A stretch of DNA of 62,612 bases, the filler included, from Squatina squatina (lineage: Eukaryota), in assembly GCA_031763465.1 (NCBI GenBank). It is 3 parts of 3 records of this genome, joined end to end, with 100 filler letters (N's around TTAATTAATTAA, not from the genome) between each part and the next. Parts side by side here need not be neighbours in the genome. Positions count along the whole stretch, not along the records: positions 1 to 16,253 come from JARFOE010000016.1; 2 more parts are not named here. One strand, 5' to 3'. Within the stretch, counting starts at the first letter, position 1. Each line of letters opens with the position of its first letter. Of this stretch, positions 1 to 12,065 are shown one piece after another. The position numbers and the translations under genes are program-made. Under the pieces are notes generated by a model. That model saw only the letters and a program-made list of their open reading frames with translations. It was not told the DNA's origin and made no database searches.

Positions 1-499
1 GTGTGTCGATGAGCAATAGGAGGGGAGCAAGGATAGAATCATGGAGACTGTAAAAAGTGGGGGAAAAGACAAGGAGATTATCTGGCTGGGAATGGATCCA
101 AGCAGGGTATATATATGCTTACACAAATATAGTGTTCTGACAAAGGATGATAAAGTTGATACATCATGTCCTGGAATACTCAAATAAGCTTGTTTTCCAG
201 ACGTAAATGTCTGAAGAACAACAATTTTCTTTCTGAAGATATTGACGCGCTTGTAGAATTTAACAGGTACAGAGATAGACCTTGCACATCTGTACAACTT
301 CCTGTAGGAATCACTTCTGAATAAAATTGCATTCGGCTTCTTTCTATCACGGGACACATTCGTGTCGTCTCCATTTAGTTCGGGCGTTCCTGACTAAAAA
401 GAAATTCCAGGACACACTTCCTGCAACACACATTTAATTTCAAATAAGGACTGAGATCTTTGGTTTCAGAGTGTGATTTATTATCCTGTTTGTAAAGGC

Positions 500-519
500 T
501 CCTTAACTCTTCGTCTCAG
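500..519 (+). promoter_or_regulatory. U12 (minor spliceosome) branch point and 3' splice site
   Basis: TCCTTAAC at 500-507, ending 10 nt before the acceptor AG (518-519), no long polypyrimidine tract; CaV alpha1 genes are known to carry U12 introns. Confidence 0.85.
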
Positions 520-625
520 GCCATTCGAAATAATTATTCTCCTAACTATTTTTGCCAATTGTGTGGCCTTAGCTGTTTACATACCTTTCCCAGAAGATGA
601 CTCTAATTCAACCAATCATGACCTG
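520..625 (+). CDS. CACNA1D: CACNA1D (CaV1.3 alpha1) exon 3, IS1 segment
   Basis: AG 518-519, GTAAG 626; 106 nt; translates [35 protein letters not shown], matching L-type IS1 with CaV1.3-type SNSTNH. Confidence 0.92.
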
Positions 626-1534
626 GTAAGTGCTGTTTGATTACTTGTATTTAACTGCTGCTCATCTACCTTATTTAAATACGCATTGAGAAGCAACGCT
701 GATCAAACCACAGGGTCAGGTTTTTTAAAAAAGGACTGAACCATTGTGGTCTAATATTCTGGAAATAGTATTATTACTTATTTCTTTGTGGAGTCATTGA
801 AGACTCACCATTTATAAATTGGATCTATCCATAGATGCACAGATTGACAAACATTTCTTCAGATGGTACAAGTTTTTATTGTACTGTGCTTACTTTCTGT
901 GGACTGGCATGGTTTTAAAAGACTGCTTTTTTTGGCATGTACAATAGTTTTTGTAAGTAAAAGGGACAGATGCAATACAAAGTTTAGGTGTTTACTGAGA
1001 ATTGCAGAATTGTGCTGTGAAAAAGAGAATTACTTTCCAATGTTGATGTAAACTAATTTCCTCTTGGTGATAAACTCTTTATTAATTTTGCTCTTATTGT
1101 TTCAATCTGTGTATTAGAAGCAGGGAAATTCCACAATGAAGTGCAGTGAAGCTATTGTGTAAACAACAAATTTCTGAGCCTCTTTTATGCTGAGTTTGCT
1201 TTTGATTNNNNNNNNNNNNNNNNNNNNNNNNNNNNNNNNNNNNNNNNNNNNNNNNNNNNNNNNNNNNNNNNNNNNNNNNNNNNNNNNNNNNNNNNNNNNN
1301 NNNNNNNCCTTTAGTTCGACTAGCCAATTGAAACCGTGTAATGTTGTGGTCACTGTTTGCCAGATGTTCCCCCAACATGGACGCCCAAAACGAGGCCAGG
1401 CTCATTATTACATACTATATCCAATATATGATTATCCCAAGTTACTTCAATAACATGTTGAGTCAGGAAATTCAACAAGTTTTACATTGTTACTATCCCA
1501 ATCTATATTGGGATAATTAAAGTCCCCCAACAAC

Positions 1535-1897
1535 AACTTGTATTTATCTAAGTCTTTAATATCATAAAATGTTCCAAGGCACTTCACAGGAGCGTTATCA
1601 AACAAAATTTGACACCGAGCCACATATTAGGGCAGATGACCAAAGCTTGGTCAAAGAGTTAACTTTTAAGGAGCGTCTTAAAGGAAGAGAGAGTGATAGA
1701 GGGCAATGTACCCTCTAATTTTTTGGGGGCCACACGGCCCTTTAACAGACTGCACTGGCTATTCAAATTCCACGCAATCACAATCTTTCCATTTAACAGC
1801 CTGTGAGTTGGCCGCGCGTGAGCTCCAAAGCGCTGCGAAGCTGCACAGCTTAAATAGAACGTTGGTAGAAGGGCAGAGAGGCTTAGGAAGGGAATTC
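1535..1897 (-). mobile_element. L2-type LINE 3' end fragment, interrupted by a MITE
   Basis: Similar to 47460-47640 (gcttggtcaaagag...ttttaaggagcgtcttaaag...gagagag); boundaries approximate. Confidence 0.6.
1704..1864. mobile_element. hAT-type MITE nested in L2
   Basis: Imperfect TIRs CAATGTACCCTCTAA / TTAAATAGAACGTTG; 8-bp flanks ATAGAGGG and GTAGAAGG (6/8) consistent with decayed TSD. Confidence 0.6.
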
Positions 1898-2159
1898 ATT
1901 ACTCTATATCACTGCTCTATAGTTCGTGCATCTTTCTGTAATTTTCCTGAAAATCTGCTGCTATATCTCCTTCTCACTATTTGGTGGCCTACAGTGTATA
2001 CCCAGCAGTGCAATAGTTCCTGTTTCTTAACTTTAACTAACTAGGTTCTGCCTTTGACCCCTCAACTATATTATCCCTATCCATTGCTATAATAGTTTCT
2101 TTGATCAATACTGTCCCCCTCCTTTTTTCCCTGCCCTATCTTTTCTGAATACCTTGTAT

Positions 2160-2825
2160 TGGGCCGTAATTTGAGGCCCCTACGGGTGCGTATGAGGTGC
2201 GCACGTGCCGTAGGGGCCGTGCAAGTTCCGGGTTTAGGGATGCACTGCGCATGTGCTAAAACCCGGAACTTGCAATCTGTCAAGAATCCTCTTGGCAGAT
2301 CCAACGCATCCCAGGAAAAGGACCTCCGCAGGTGGAGGAACTTCTGCCCAGCAAAACCTGCGAAATTCTTGCTCCTGGTAAAAGCAGATGTAAGGCCTGC
2401 TTTTACAAGTATAAGAGTTTTAAAAAACAGAAAAATAAAATTTTATCTATAATTTATGCATTTAAAAGCCTGTATATAAGGTAAGTTTATTTTTAGTCCC
2501 TTTGAAGCATGTACATTTGTTTCACAAAATTAAATTTGTTTTAAATATTTAATTAAATTGCATTTCAATTAATTTTAAATAGGTGATTTAAAAAAATTAT
2601 TTGAAGTGTAGAGTTATTTTTAGCGTACTCCCATTCTGTCATTCGTTAGGCCAGCCCACGGATCCCAGGGGTGCTTGTGAACCTTGTGCACCCCGAGATA
2701 CGGGTACCCTGAGAGCCCCAGGACTGTGAATCTCCATACCTCCCAGACCACCAGGTACGCGGGCATTTGATTTGTGGATTGGAGGCATTTCTCTGCGGGA
2801 AGCCTGCGACAACAAATTCAAGGCC
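2160..2825. mobile_element. Non-autonomous DNA transposon (MITE) with internal palindromes
   Basis: Hairpins GGCCCCTACGG..CCGTAGGGGCC and GCAAGTTCCGGGTTT..AAACCCGGAACTTGC; related inverted copy at 26720-26990. Confidence 0.65.
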
Positions 2826-5800
2826 ATTGTTCCCAATCATCCCCTTCTTTGAACCAGGTTTCTGTTATCGCCATTATATCATAGTCCCATGTAGCGACTT
2901 GTGCACCAACTTTACTTACCATGCTTCGTGCATTTACACACATGTGCTCCAAGCCCATCGTGGACTGCCCCCCCATTTGCCCCCTGTCTGTTCCCTCCTA
3001 TTTCTGAATGATTCTTTACCCGAGTGCTATTTGATTCTCCTAGTCCTCTGTCCACCTTCTTTCTCCTCTCAAATATTTCACCCTAATGCCCATTCCCCCT
3101 GTCAAATTAGTTTAAACCCTCCCCCACATATCCTTCAACTTTCTATGAACATCACCATGAGAGATCCACTGGTTGAAAAAAAGTGTTCCCTCTTGGAACA
3201 AAATTGGTCCTATTTCCAATGAGCAACAATCAGATGCATTCAATAAACCAATATCTCCATTGCATGTTTCAATTTGTACTATTGCACTGTCTTTACACAC
3301 TGGGCTGAAAATGACTTACAGTCTCACATTTCAGCATGTGATAGAGAAACAATAGACAAAGAAGAAAAAATTGCAGATATATGCCAAATACATTTTCCCA
3401 CAGCCAGTGGAAATGTTCATCGCACTATCGTTATACAATGGGAATACCACATAATGTTGTTCAAACACAATCGACTTTCAAGCCACATTTTTACTGTGAC
3501 CACAGTGATCATTTCATTTCTGGGGCATCTGATTGACTTGAGAGCATGTGATTGTGTTTGAGCACCTGCCGGGAGGCTGTTGCCTAATTAATTAGCAGCT
3601 GCTGTTTGAATGGCCTGGGTGGAAACACTTGAAGGTCATTCATGTATTTAACTGTCTGCGCATAGTTTTCAGATTGTGAGTTCTTGTGCAATGTAATTTG
3701 TCTTCAAAGCTCTCTCATACTGATTGTCTTTTATGCTTTAAAGGTAAAGTCATATTTGTATTTGTTTGTGTCCTACCATGTTGCTACTATCTTATAGCTA
3801 CAGAAATAGCCCCTTGAATGCCACTACTGAGTTTTCATACACTGAAGTAATATAGGATGTGAATTACTTTGTCTTAGTTTAATCCATGTGTACACTATAT
3901 TTAATATTGTTTCCAGGGAATACTTTATTAAAGGAGTAGCTGTATGTGTAAAGTAAAAAAAAATGCAATCTGCAGTTGAAAGGGGAGATGGTTGGAAACC
4001 TTTGTGGGGCCAATTTGAGTGGCCCGAAATGGGCCGCAGCATTCNNNNNNNNNNNNNNNNNNNNNNNNNNNNNNNNNNNNNNNNNNNNNNNNNNNNNNNN
4101 NNNNNNNNNNNNNNNNNNNNNNNNNNNNNNNNNNNNNNNNNNNNACTTGTTTAAGTAGTTGCCTGGATTTGTTTGAGGGCAGCAGCTAATCTAATGCTAC
4201 GCTAAAGCATAAATGTAAATGGTGCATTCAGCCATGGCTCAAATGCTTTATGTAGATAGTACAAACAATTGCACAAGCCTATCAAATGATTTTGCTTAAT
4301 GATGGCATTATTGAAAATGTACAGATTGTTTTATTTTCAGTGATGCTCATGACTCAGCGCTCTTGCCCATTGGTCTGAGCAACATTATCTGTAATGGTTT
4401 CAAATGATACATCATTGCCCTGGTAACATAATGAAAATACTATTTTTTAAGTCTGCAAACAAGAAATGCATAATGATACAATTGGTTTCATGGGAAGCTA
4501 GTTTCAGTATCAGTAATTTTCTCCACAGCACACAACACTTGGAAATAACAGTGCAATGCACCACGGAACAGTCATCAGGTTCTGTTGGAGATTCCCAGTT
4601 TCCACTTGTAGGTTTGAAGCATTGCAGTGTTTCCAAAGCTCACCAGTTAAGGCCCTTAATTGGTGGATGGATCTAAGTAATTGTAGCCACATTTCAGNNN
4701 NNNNNNNNNNNNNNNNNNNNNNNNNNNNNNNNNNNNNNNNNNNNNNNNNNNNNNNNNNNNNNNNNNNNNNNNNNNNNNNNNNNNNNNNNNNNNNNNNATA
4801 TCTGACAATGATTTGACACAATGTGCCAACTGGAGTGAGTCATGGCACTACGGACTTTTGTATGCACTGCCTTGACAGAAGCCTCCAGACCAATCAGTGC
4901 ATGCAAATTGAATCGTTGACCACTGACTTTGGTTTGGAGAGAATGTTGGGGCGCTACCTCTCAGGATCTAGCTGAAACATTCAAGTCTTCTTCCACTAAT
5001 CAGTGGGCACTCAGCTCCAGGACTCAGGAAAAGTGCCGGAGCTAGAATCTGCCTTCATGATGCTGTCCTCTTTTCTGATGACAGCTCATGCGACTTTTCT
5101 AGCCATTCCGCTCAGATGGCTCCTTATATTGATGGCGAGATGCAGGACCAGGCTACCCACACACCCAGTGGTGATGCTGCCTGCCAAGGAGTCCTCCACA
5201 GATGCTGGTTGGCCTGCTGAATGTTTCCAGTGCTTTCTATTTTTGTTTTATATTTCCAGCATCTGCAGTATTTTCCATTTCGTTAACATTTAAAAGTAAG
5301 TATTTTTTCCAAATTCCAACAGTGGAAAAATAGCCAAAAGATCCTGAAATAGGCTCTGTGGTAGAAGATTGGGAAGAAAAACATTTCCCTGCATGAAACT
5401 GCTGAAATGCAGTTGCTGACACCTTTTTTAGCAGCACAGCTTTGAAAAGACTTGTTAGAAATAGTGACCACAGAAACTCTTCACTTATGGATTTACAATA
5501 TTGCTATACATAGCAACCAGAGCAACCTCTAATCCTCCATCGTTAGGAAAATGAACCTCAGCATGAGTGAACTTCTGGGCTTTTTCCAAAGTGTATAGTG
5601 ATCCACCAAGTCAATATAGTTCAAGTCTTTATGGAAGATACTAGTCCAAAAAAAACATATATTCAGTGAGGTACAGTCAAGAGAAATTCTTGAAGATCCC
5701 ATTACCATTTCTGGTCTAATGCCAGCAACAGATACCCACACCAATAACTTTGTGTTCACAAGCATAGTATATTTCATTTTAGCTTTTACAGCTATCAAAG

Positions 5801-6838
5801 CAAGGAGAATTTCATCCCATCCTTCTGAGCTAGTTTAGAGTTGAGCTCCCAAGAGAGTTTGTGCTGGACACGAGAAAATTAATAAAATGTTCGTCTGAAG
5901 TGGGAAAGAGTTAAGTGACCTGTGTATTGCATGAATGCTGCAAAGCAAACCAGATCTGTCTGAAGTGGTCAGCATGTTCTGGCTGTTGAATGTTGCTGTT
6001 CTTGCATTTTTGACCTTTTTAAAAAATCTTGCTGTGAGACAGATCATAGCTGCTTTGGACTATTACAGCTAATTCAGAACCTATTCATTTTCCATCGATC
6101 TATATTGCCTCTTTGTTTGCAGTGTAAATGCTACAAATTTGATAGAGCAAATTGGAAGTGTCAGTAAAATTTACCTTTTAATTTGCCATCAAGGCCTTCT
6201 CAGTAGGATGGATGGCGATCATGTCAAATGATGCAGTCCTTCCAGGTTCTTTTGCTGTGAACTTTTTTTTTGCCCATCGAGAAAGCTGAAATCTGACATA
6301 TTAATTTCCCCCCATCCCCCCCCCGCCTTCCCCCGGCATGAACTGTGTAGGTGGAGGGNNNNNNNNNNNNNNNNNNNNNNNNNNNNNNNNNNNNNNNNNN
6401 NNNNNNNNNNNNNNNNNNNNNNNNNNNNNNNNNNNNNNNNNNNNNNNNNNNNNNNNNNCGCTGCAGGAGCAGCACCCATTTAGCAGCAACACTGCTCCAA
6501 TGCCAATTCAATATTGGAGCCCCCTAGCGGCCAAAAACGAACGTTAGACCCCTCGCACCTGTTTAGTGCTCATTTTGCGCTTGCGCTGGCAGACCAATTG
6601 GGTCCCCGTAAAATTTACAGTTGTATTGTAGACGAGTTACATTTGGGAAAGAATTGCTCCGATCACAAGGTGTAGTGATATGGAGGTTCCCTCTGGTTAG
6701 TATTTCTAGTGTATCCCAATGCATCCTTACACAACAGTTTTGTTAGAAATATCAACTAGCAGAAACCTTCTCAGCTACATTTATAGTGTCAGAGCAATTC
6801 TTTCCTCTCTGTCTTTTCCTGTTGCATATTATAATTAA

Positions 6839-7063
<225 letters not shown>

Positions 7064-8266
7064 TAAATTTGATATGTATAACTATTTTTATGGAAAGAGT
7101 TACCCAAGTTGCAAGTACTTTCACTGAGTGCTGACATTGATAAAAATCTTTGCCATGCTGTGCAGAAAAATGTAAGAAAATTGCCTTCAACTTTCAGTCG
7201 GCAATGCTGGCCGAGACCCACATTCCTCCCAATGATGTCCCATTGTGTCCTCTGGAGGGCAGTATGACTCATCTCACCAGGACCAGGACCCACTGAAATC
7301 AGNNNNNNNNNNNNNNNNNNNNNNNNNNNNNNNNNNNNNNNNNNNNNNNNNNNNNNNNNNNNNNNNNNNNNNNNNNNNNNNNNNNNNNNNNNNNNNNNNN
7401 NNTTTAGGTTTTACATAGGCTCATCATTACCTCTCAGCTTTTATATTGTATACTTTTTGAGACTATACGTAGAATTCCATTAACTTTTTTACAGCCATAT
7501 CGGCATTTAATGTTCTGTGAACCTGGACTCTGATCTTCCACAGCACCAAGCCTACTTCCATCCTGAGTACAATTGTTATTATTTATCAAAATGCATCATT
7601 TCACATTTACTAATATCAAATTCCCTTTTTCACTCATTTCCCCATATTAGCAAACTTTCTTGGCAATTTCCTTTGGTTTTCTGAAAAACTTAACTATACC
7701 TCCTTTTTTGGTATCATCTCCAAATTTTGACATCATTCCCTCTAGGCCGAAATCTAAATCATTGATATACACATTGAANNNNNNNNNNGATAGACCACCA
7801 CTGTCCACTTCAAATCACAAGCACAGTGTCAGTCATGGATTCAATGATGGTGGCAGAGAGGTAAAGCTGATGCCATACCCATAGATTCAGTCACCATTGG
7901 GCAGCATATGGATAATGAAACTAACCTTCCCAGGGCACTGCAAGTTTGAACAGCAGTCAAGACTGGGATTCCGACGAGTCTCCTGTTTCAAAATGCTAAA
8001 GTTCACCATCTTAGTTACATGTCTGGCCTCTTCGGGACTTTTTAATTATCCAAAGTCATAGGTATCTATATGTTTTGTAATTTTGGAGTATAAATTGCAC
8101 GTAAGTACTTGTTAATTGCCAAATTCACTTTGTTGTGTAATTTTTTTAAGTAACAACGAGAACATTTTAAATATAAATGATGATGTTAGTAATAAATGGT
8201 TTAGATAGTTATCTATACAAGAATCCATGCTATTTTAAATATTAACTTGTATAGTTAATTTAATAA

Positions 8267-8416
<150 letters not shown>

Positions 8417-8830
8417 TAAGCTGCCACTTCATTTTGTCTGAAGTGCAAAGTCCTAAATCCAGTTGCCATGTTGGACTTTGGGAAAAGACAGAAACTCAGT
8501 TCNNNNNNNNNNNNNNNNNNNNNNNNNNNNNNNNNNNNNNNNNNNNNNNNNNNNNNNNNNNNNNNNNNNNNNNNNNNNNNNNNNNNNNNNNNNNNNNNNN
8601 NNTCACATCTTGTCATAATAATCATACCATTCGTCTGTCATACTGTATTGTAGATTGTTGATTAACTACTTGTGTTCAGAAGCTAAATATGTAATACAGA
8701 AATTACTCCTTTATATATATATACGGAGCATTTGGGATTTTATGTTAAGTTCAACACTAACAGCAATGAAATAATGATAAATGATAATTAAGATCCTTTC
8801 CTCTTATCATGCCATAATCTTTCTACCTGA

Positions 8831-9103
<273 letters not shown>

Positions 9104-11117
9104 TGAGCAGCAGAGCCGTGCAATCTGGGTCCGATCCCCGGACTGTTGTGTTAGCTGATCTGAGCTGAACTAGCAGCTGGGGCACCGTGGCTCAGTATCT
9201 CTTGATTGGGAAAATGGAGCCATTTCTTGCTCCTGATCATCACGGGAAAGTGGGTGTTTGCTGAAACCTTACAGTCAAACAGAGCATCCACAATCTCTGT
9301 CTCGGCTTGCACGCAGAAATGGGCTCCTTGGCTCAGATACCTGGGATCAGTCTGCACCTGTCAGGCTGTATGCCAGCAACAAACAGCACCTTCAGGAGAG
9401 ATGGTGGGGTGGGGTGTGGGGGAAGTGAGGAACAGAGAGATTGAAGATATATTCAGATACCTGGTCTCCAGAGACTACAGGAGCTGAACTGGACCAGTCA
9501 TATCAACAGTGACTATCAAACAGGATGGAGACTGGGTACTACTGTCACAGCTGGCTCGTCTCCTGGTCCCTTAAAGCCCCTCCAGTATCGACAGACATGT
9601 GATGGAATGCCTGCCACTNNNNNNNNNNNNNNNNNNNNNNNNNNNNNNNNNNNNNNNNNNNNNNNNNNNNNNNNNNNNNNNNNNNNNNNNNNNNNNNNNN
9701 NNNNNNNNNNNNNNNNNNNNNNNNNNNNNNNNNNNNNNNNNNNNNNNNNNNNNNNNNNNNNNNNNNNNNNNNNNNNNNNNNNNNNNNNNNNNNNNNNNNN
9801 NNNNNNNNNNNNNNNNNNNNNNNNNNNNNNNNNNNNNNNNNNNNNNNNNNNNNNNNNNNNNNNNNNNNNNNNNNNNNNNNNNNNNNNNNNNNNNNNNNNN
9901 NNNNNNNNNNNNNNNNNNNNNNNNNNNNNNNNNNNNNNNNNNNNNNNNNNNNNNNNNNNNNNNNNNNNNNNNNNNNNNNNNNNNNNNNNNNNNNNNNNNN
10001 NNNNNNNNNNNNNNNNNNNNNNNNNNNNNNNNNNNNNNNNNNNNNNNNNNNNNNNNNNNNNNNNNNNNNNNNNNNNNNNNNNNNNNNNNNNNNNNNNNNN
10101 NNNNNNNNNNNNNNNNNNNNNNNNNNNNNNNNNNNNNNNNNNNNNNNNNNNNNNNNNNNNNNNNNNNNNNNNNNNNNNNNNNNNNNNNNNNNNNNNNNNN
10201 NNNNNNNNNNNNNNNNNNNNNNNNNNNNNNNNNNNNNNNNNNNNNNNNNNNNNNNNNNNNNNNNNNNNNNNNNNNNNNNNNNNNNNNNNNNNNNNNNNNN
10301 NNNNNNNNNNNNNNNNNNNNNNNNNNNNNNNNNNNNNNNNNNNNNNNNNNNNNNNNNNNNNNNNNNNNNNNNNNNNNNNNNNNNNNNNNNNNNNNNNNNN
10401 NNNNNNNNNNNNNNNNNNNNNNNNNNNNNNNNNNNNNNNNNNNNNNNNNNNNNNNNNNNNNNNNNNNNNNNNNNNNNNNNNNNNNNNNNTCAGATAGGTA
10501 AGCTTGTTTTGCCATATTTCTGCAAAATGTTTCCTTAAAGATTTGCTTCTTTCTTTAGATTATGTTGATGCCAGTGTGTAATGGATTTACTATTCTAAGA
10601 CAAATGTCAGATTGAAGTGTGCAAAACTTCTCCAATCTGTCAAAAGATTCTCATGAATCATAGCTTTCAAAGGTGCATATGTTAATCAAATTTATTTTAG
10701 GATAACATGATGACAAAATGGATTTGTTTGATATAGTGTGACCTTTATTCAATCTGTTCAGTTAATGTTGCATCTGACATGCTGAACCACTGCACATGTA
10801 TTTGACTGGAATGATGCATATAAGCCCCGATTTTAAGTTGAGGCAAAAATTGATGAGGTGTGGGGCAAGCTACCCTGAAGTTGCCAGCATGAGGCCAGGG
10901 CAGTTTAACTCCTGGGCCTTATTTTAATATGATTAATGTGTTGCCCACCCAATTGCATTGGGAAATGGGCAGCCTGCTCATTTTCATTGCGCAATTTTTG
11001 GTGGGCTATTTATTGTGCAAATACACCTGTTAATGTGAGCTTGCATTCCCTTCTGGAAGGTTTAATTAGAAGGGTGTGCAAACAATTATCTTAGCAGTAA
11101 TAAGTCACAGGGGTTCC

Positions 11118-11321
11118 TCTGATGCCTGCCAAGAGTTCCTTGTGGAGGAGATCAATGCAAGGAGAGAGGTACGGTTCCCCAGCACCCGCAGGAAGATCCC
11201 CAGGGTGACCATCCACTAGCCCTGAACAGAGTTGGCTGAGAAGGTCAGTGCCAGCAGCATCACCCACAGGACCTGGGTTCAATGTCGAAAGAGGCACAAC
11301 GACCTCACAAGAGCAGCAAAG
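11118..11321 (+). pseudogene. Decayed Myb/SANT-like DNA-binding exon of a PIF/Harbinger transposon
   Basis: SDACQEFLVEEINARREVRFP.../A*TELAEKVSASSITHRTWVQCRKRHNDLTRAAK followed by GTGAGT; stops (TGA in place of Trp) and frameshift. Confidence 0.7.
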
Positions 11322-11639
11322 GTGAGTACAGCTCCTCATCTCTCCATCTTTCTCAATAGCACCTGACATATCTCCTACTCCCACCCTGAACACACTCAAC
11401 AAATTTCTGCTCTCCATCACATCCTTCAGCATACTATCACAAGGGCACACTGCAACACTTCTCTTTCACATTCCAAATGCATTCACCTCCTCCTTTAGGT
11501 CTTCACAACAGATACTAACGCCATTCTTTTCTTACACTTACGAAACCAGCAACTTCTCTCAGGACACCTTCCTTACTTCACATTCCAAACACTTGGATTT
11601 CCAATCACAATTTCCTCATTCTCATTCCATTTTGCTTCA

Positions 11640-12065
11640 ACGTCAGCTGTGGCTCTCTCGCCTCTGAGTCAGGCTCAAGCCGCACTACAGGGACTTGAGC
11701 ACAAAAAGCAAGGCTGACACTCCAGTACTAAGGGATTGCTGCATTGTAGGAGGTGGCGTATTTCGGATGAAACGTTGAACTGCTCTCAGGTGGACGCAAA
11801 AGATCCCATGGCCACTAATCTCAAGAAGAGCAGGGGAGTTATCCCTGGTGTCCTGGCCAATATTTATCCCTCAATCAACGTCACTAAAAAGACAGATTAT
11901 CTGGTCATTATCACATTGCTGTTTGTGGGAGCTTACTGTGTGCAAATTGGCTGCCTCGTTTCCTACATTACAACACTGGCTACATTTCAAAAGTACTTTA
12001 TTGGCTGTAAAGCACTTTGGGACTTCCTGAGGTCATGAAAGACATTATACAAATGCAAAATTTTT
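11640..12065 (+). mobile_element. Deu-domain SINE (SacSINE1/AmnSINE1-like)
   Basis: tRNA-like head, core caggtggacg.aaaagatcccatggc...ggtgtcctggccaatatttatccctcaa, L2-like tail; near-identical copy at 27020-27450. Confidence 0.8.

Noticed and set aside
10490-10503. 3' end of a CACNA1D exon (tcagatag|gtaagc)
   Set aside because: Only 8 nt visible after the gap; cannot be assigned
9571-10515. Long ORFs in the supplied track
   Set aside because: Almost entirely X from N-runs
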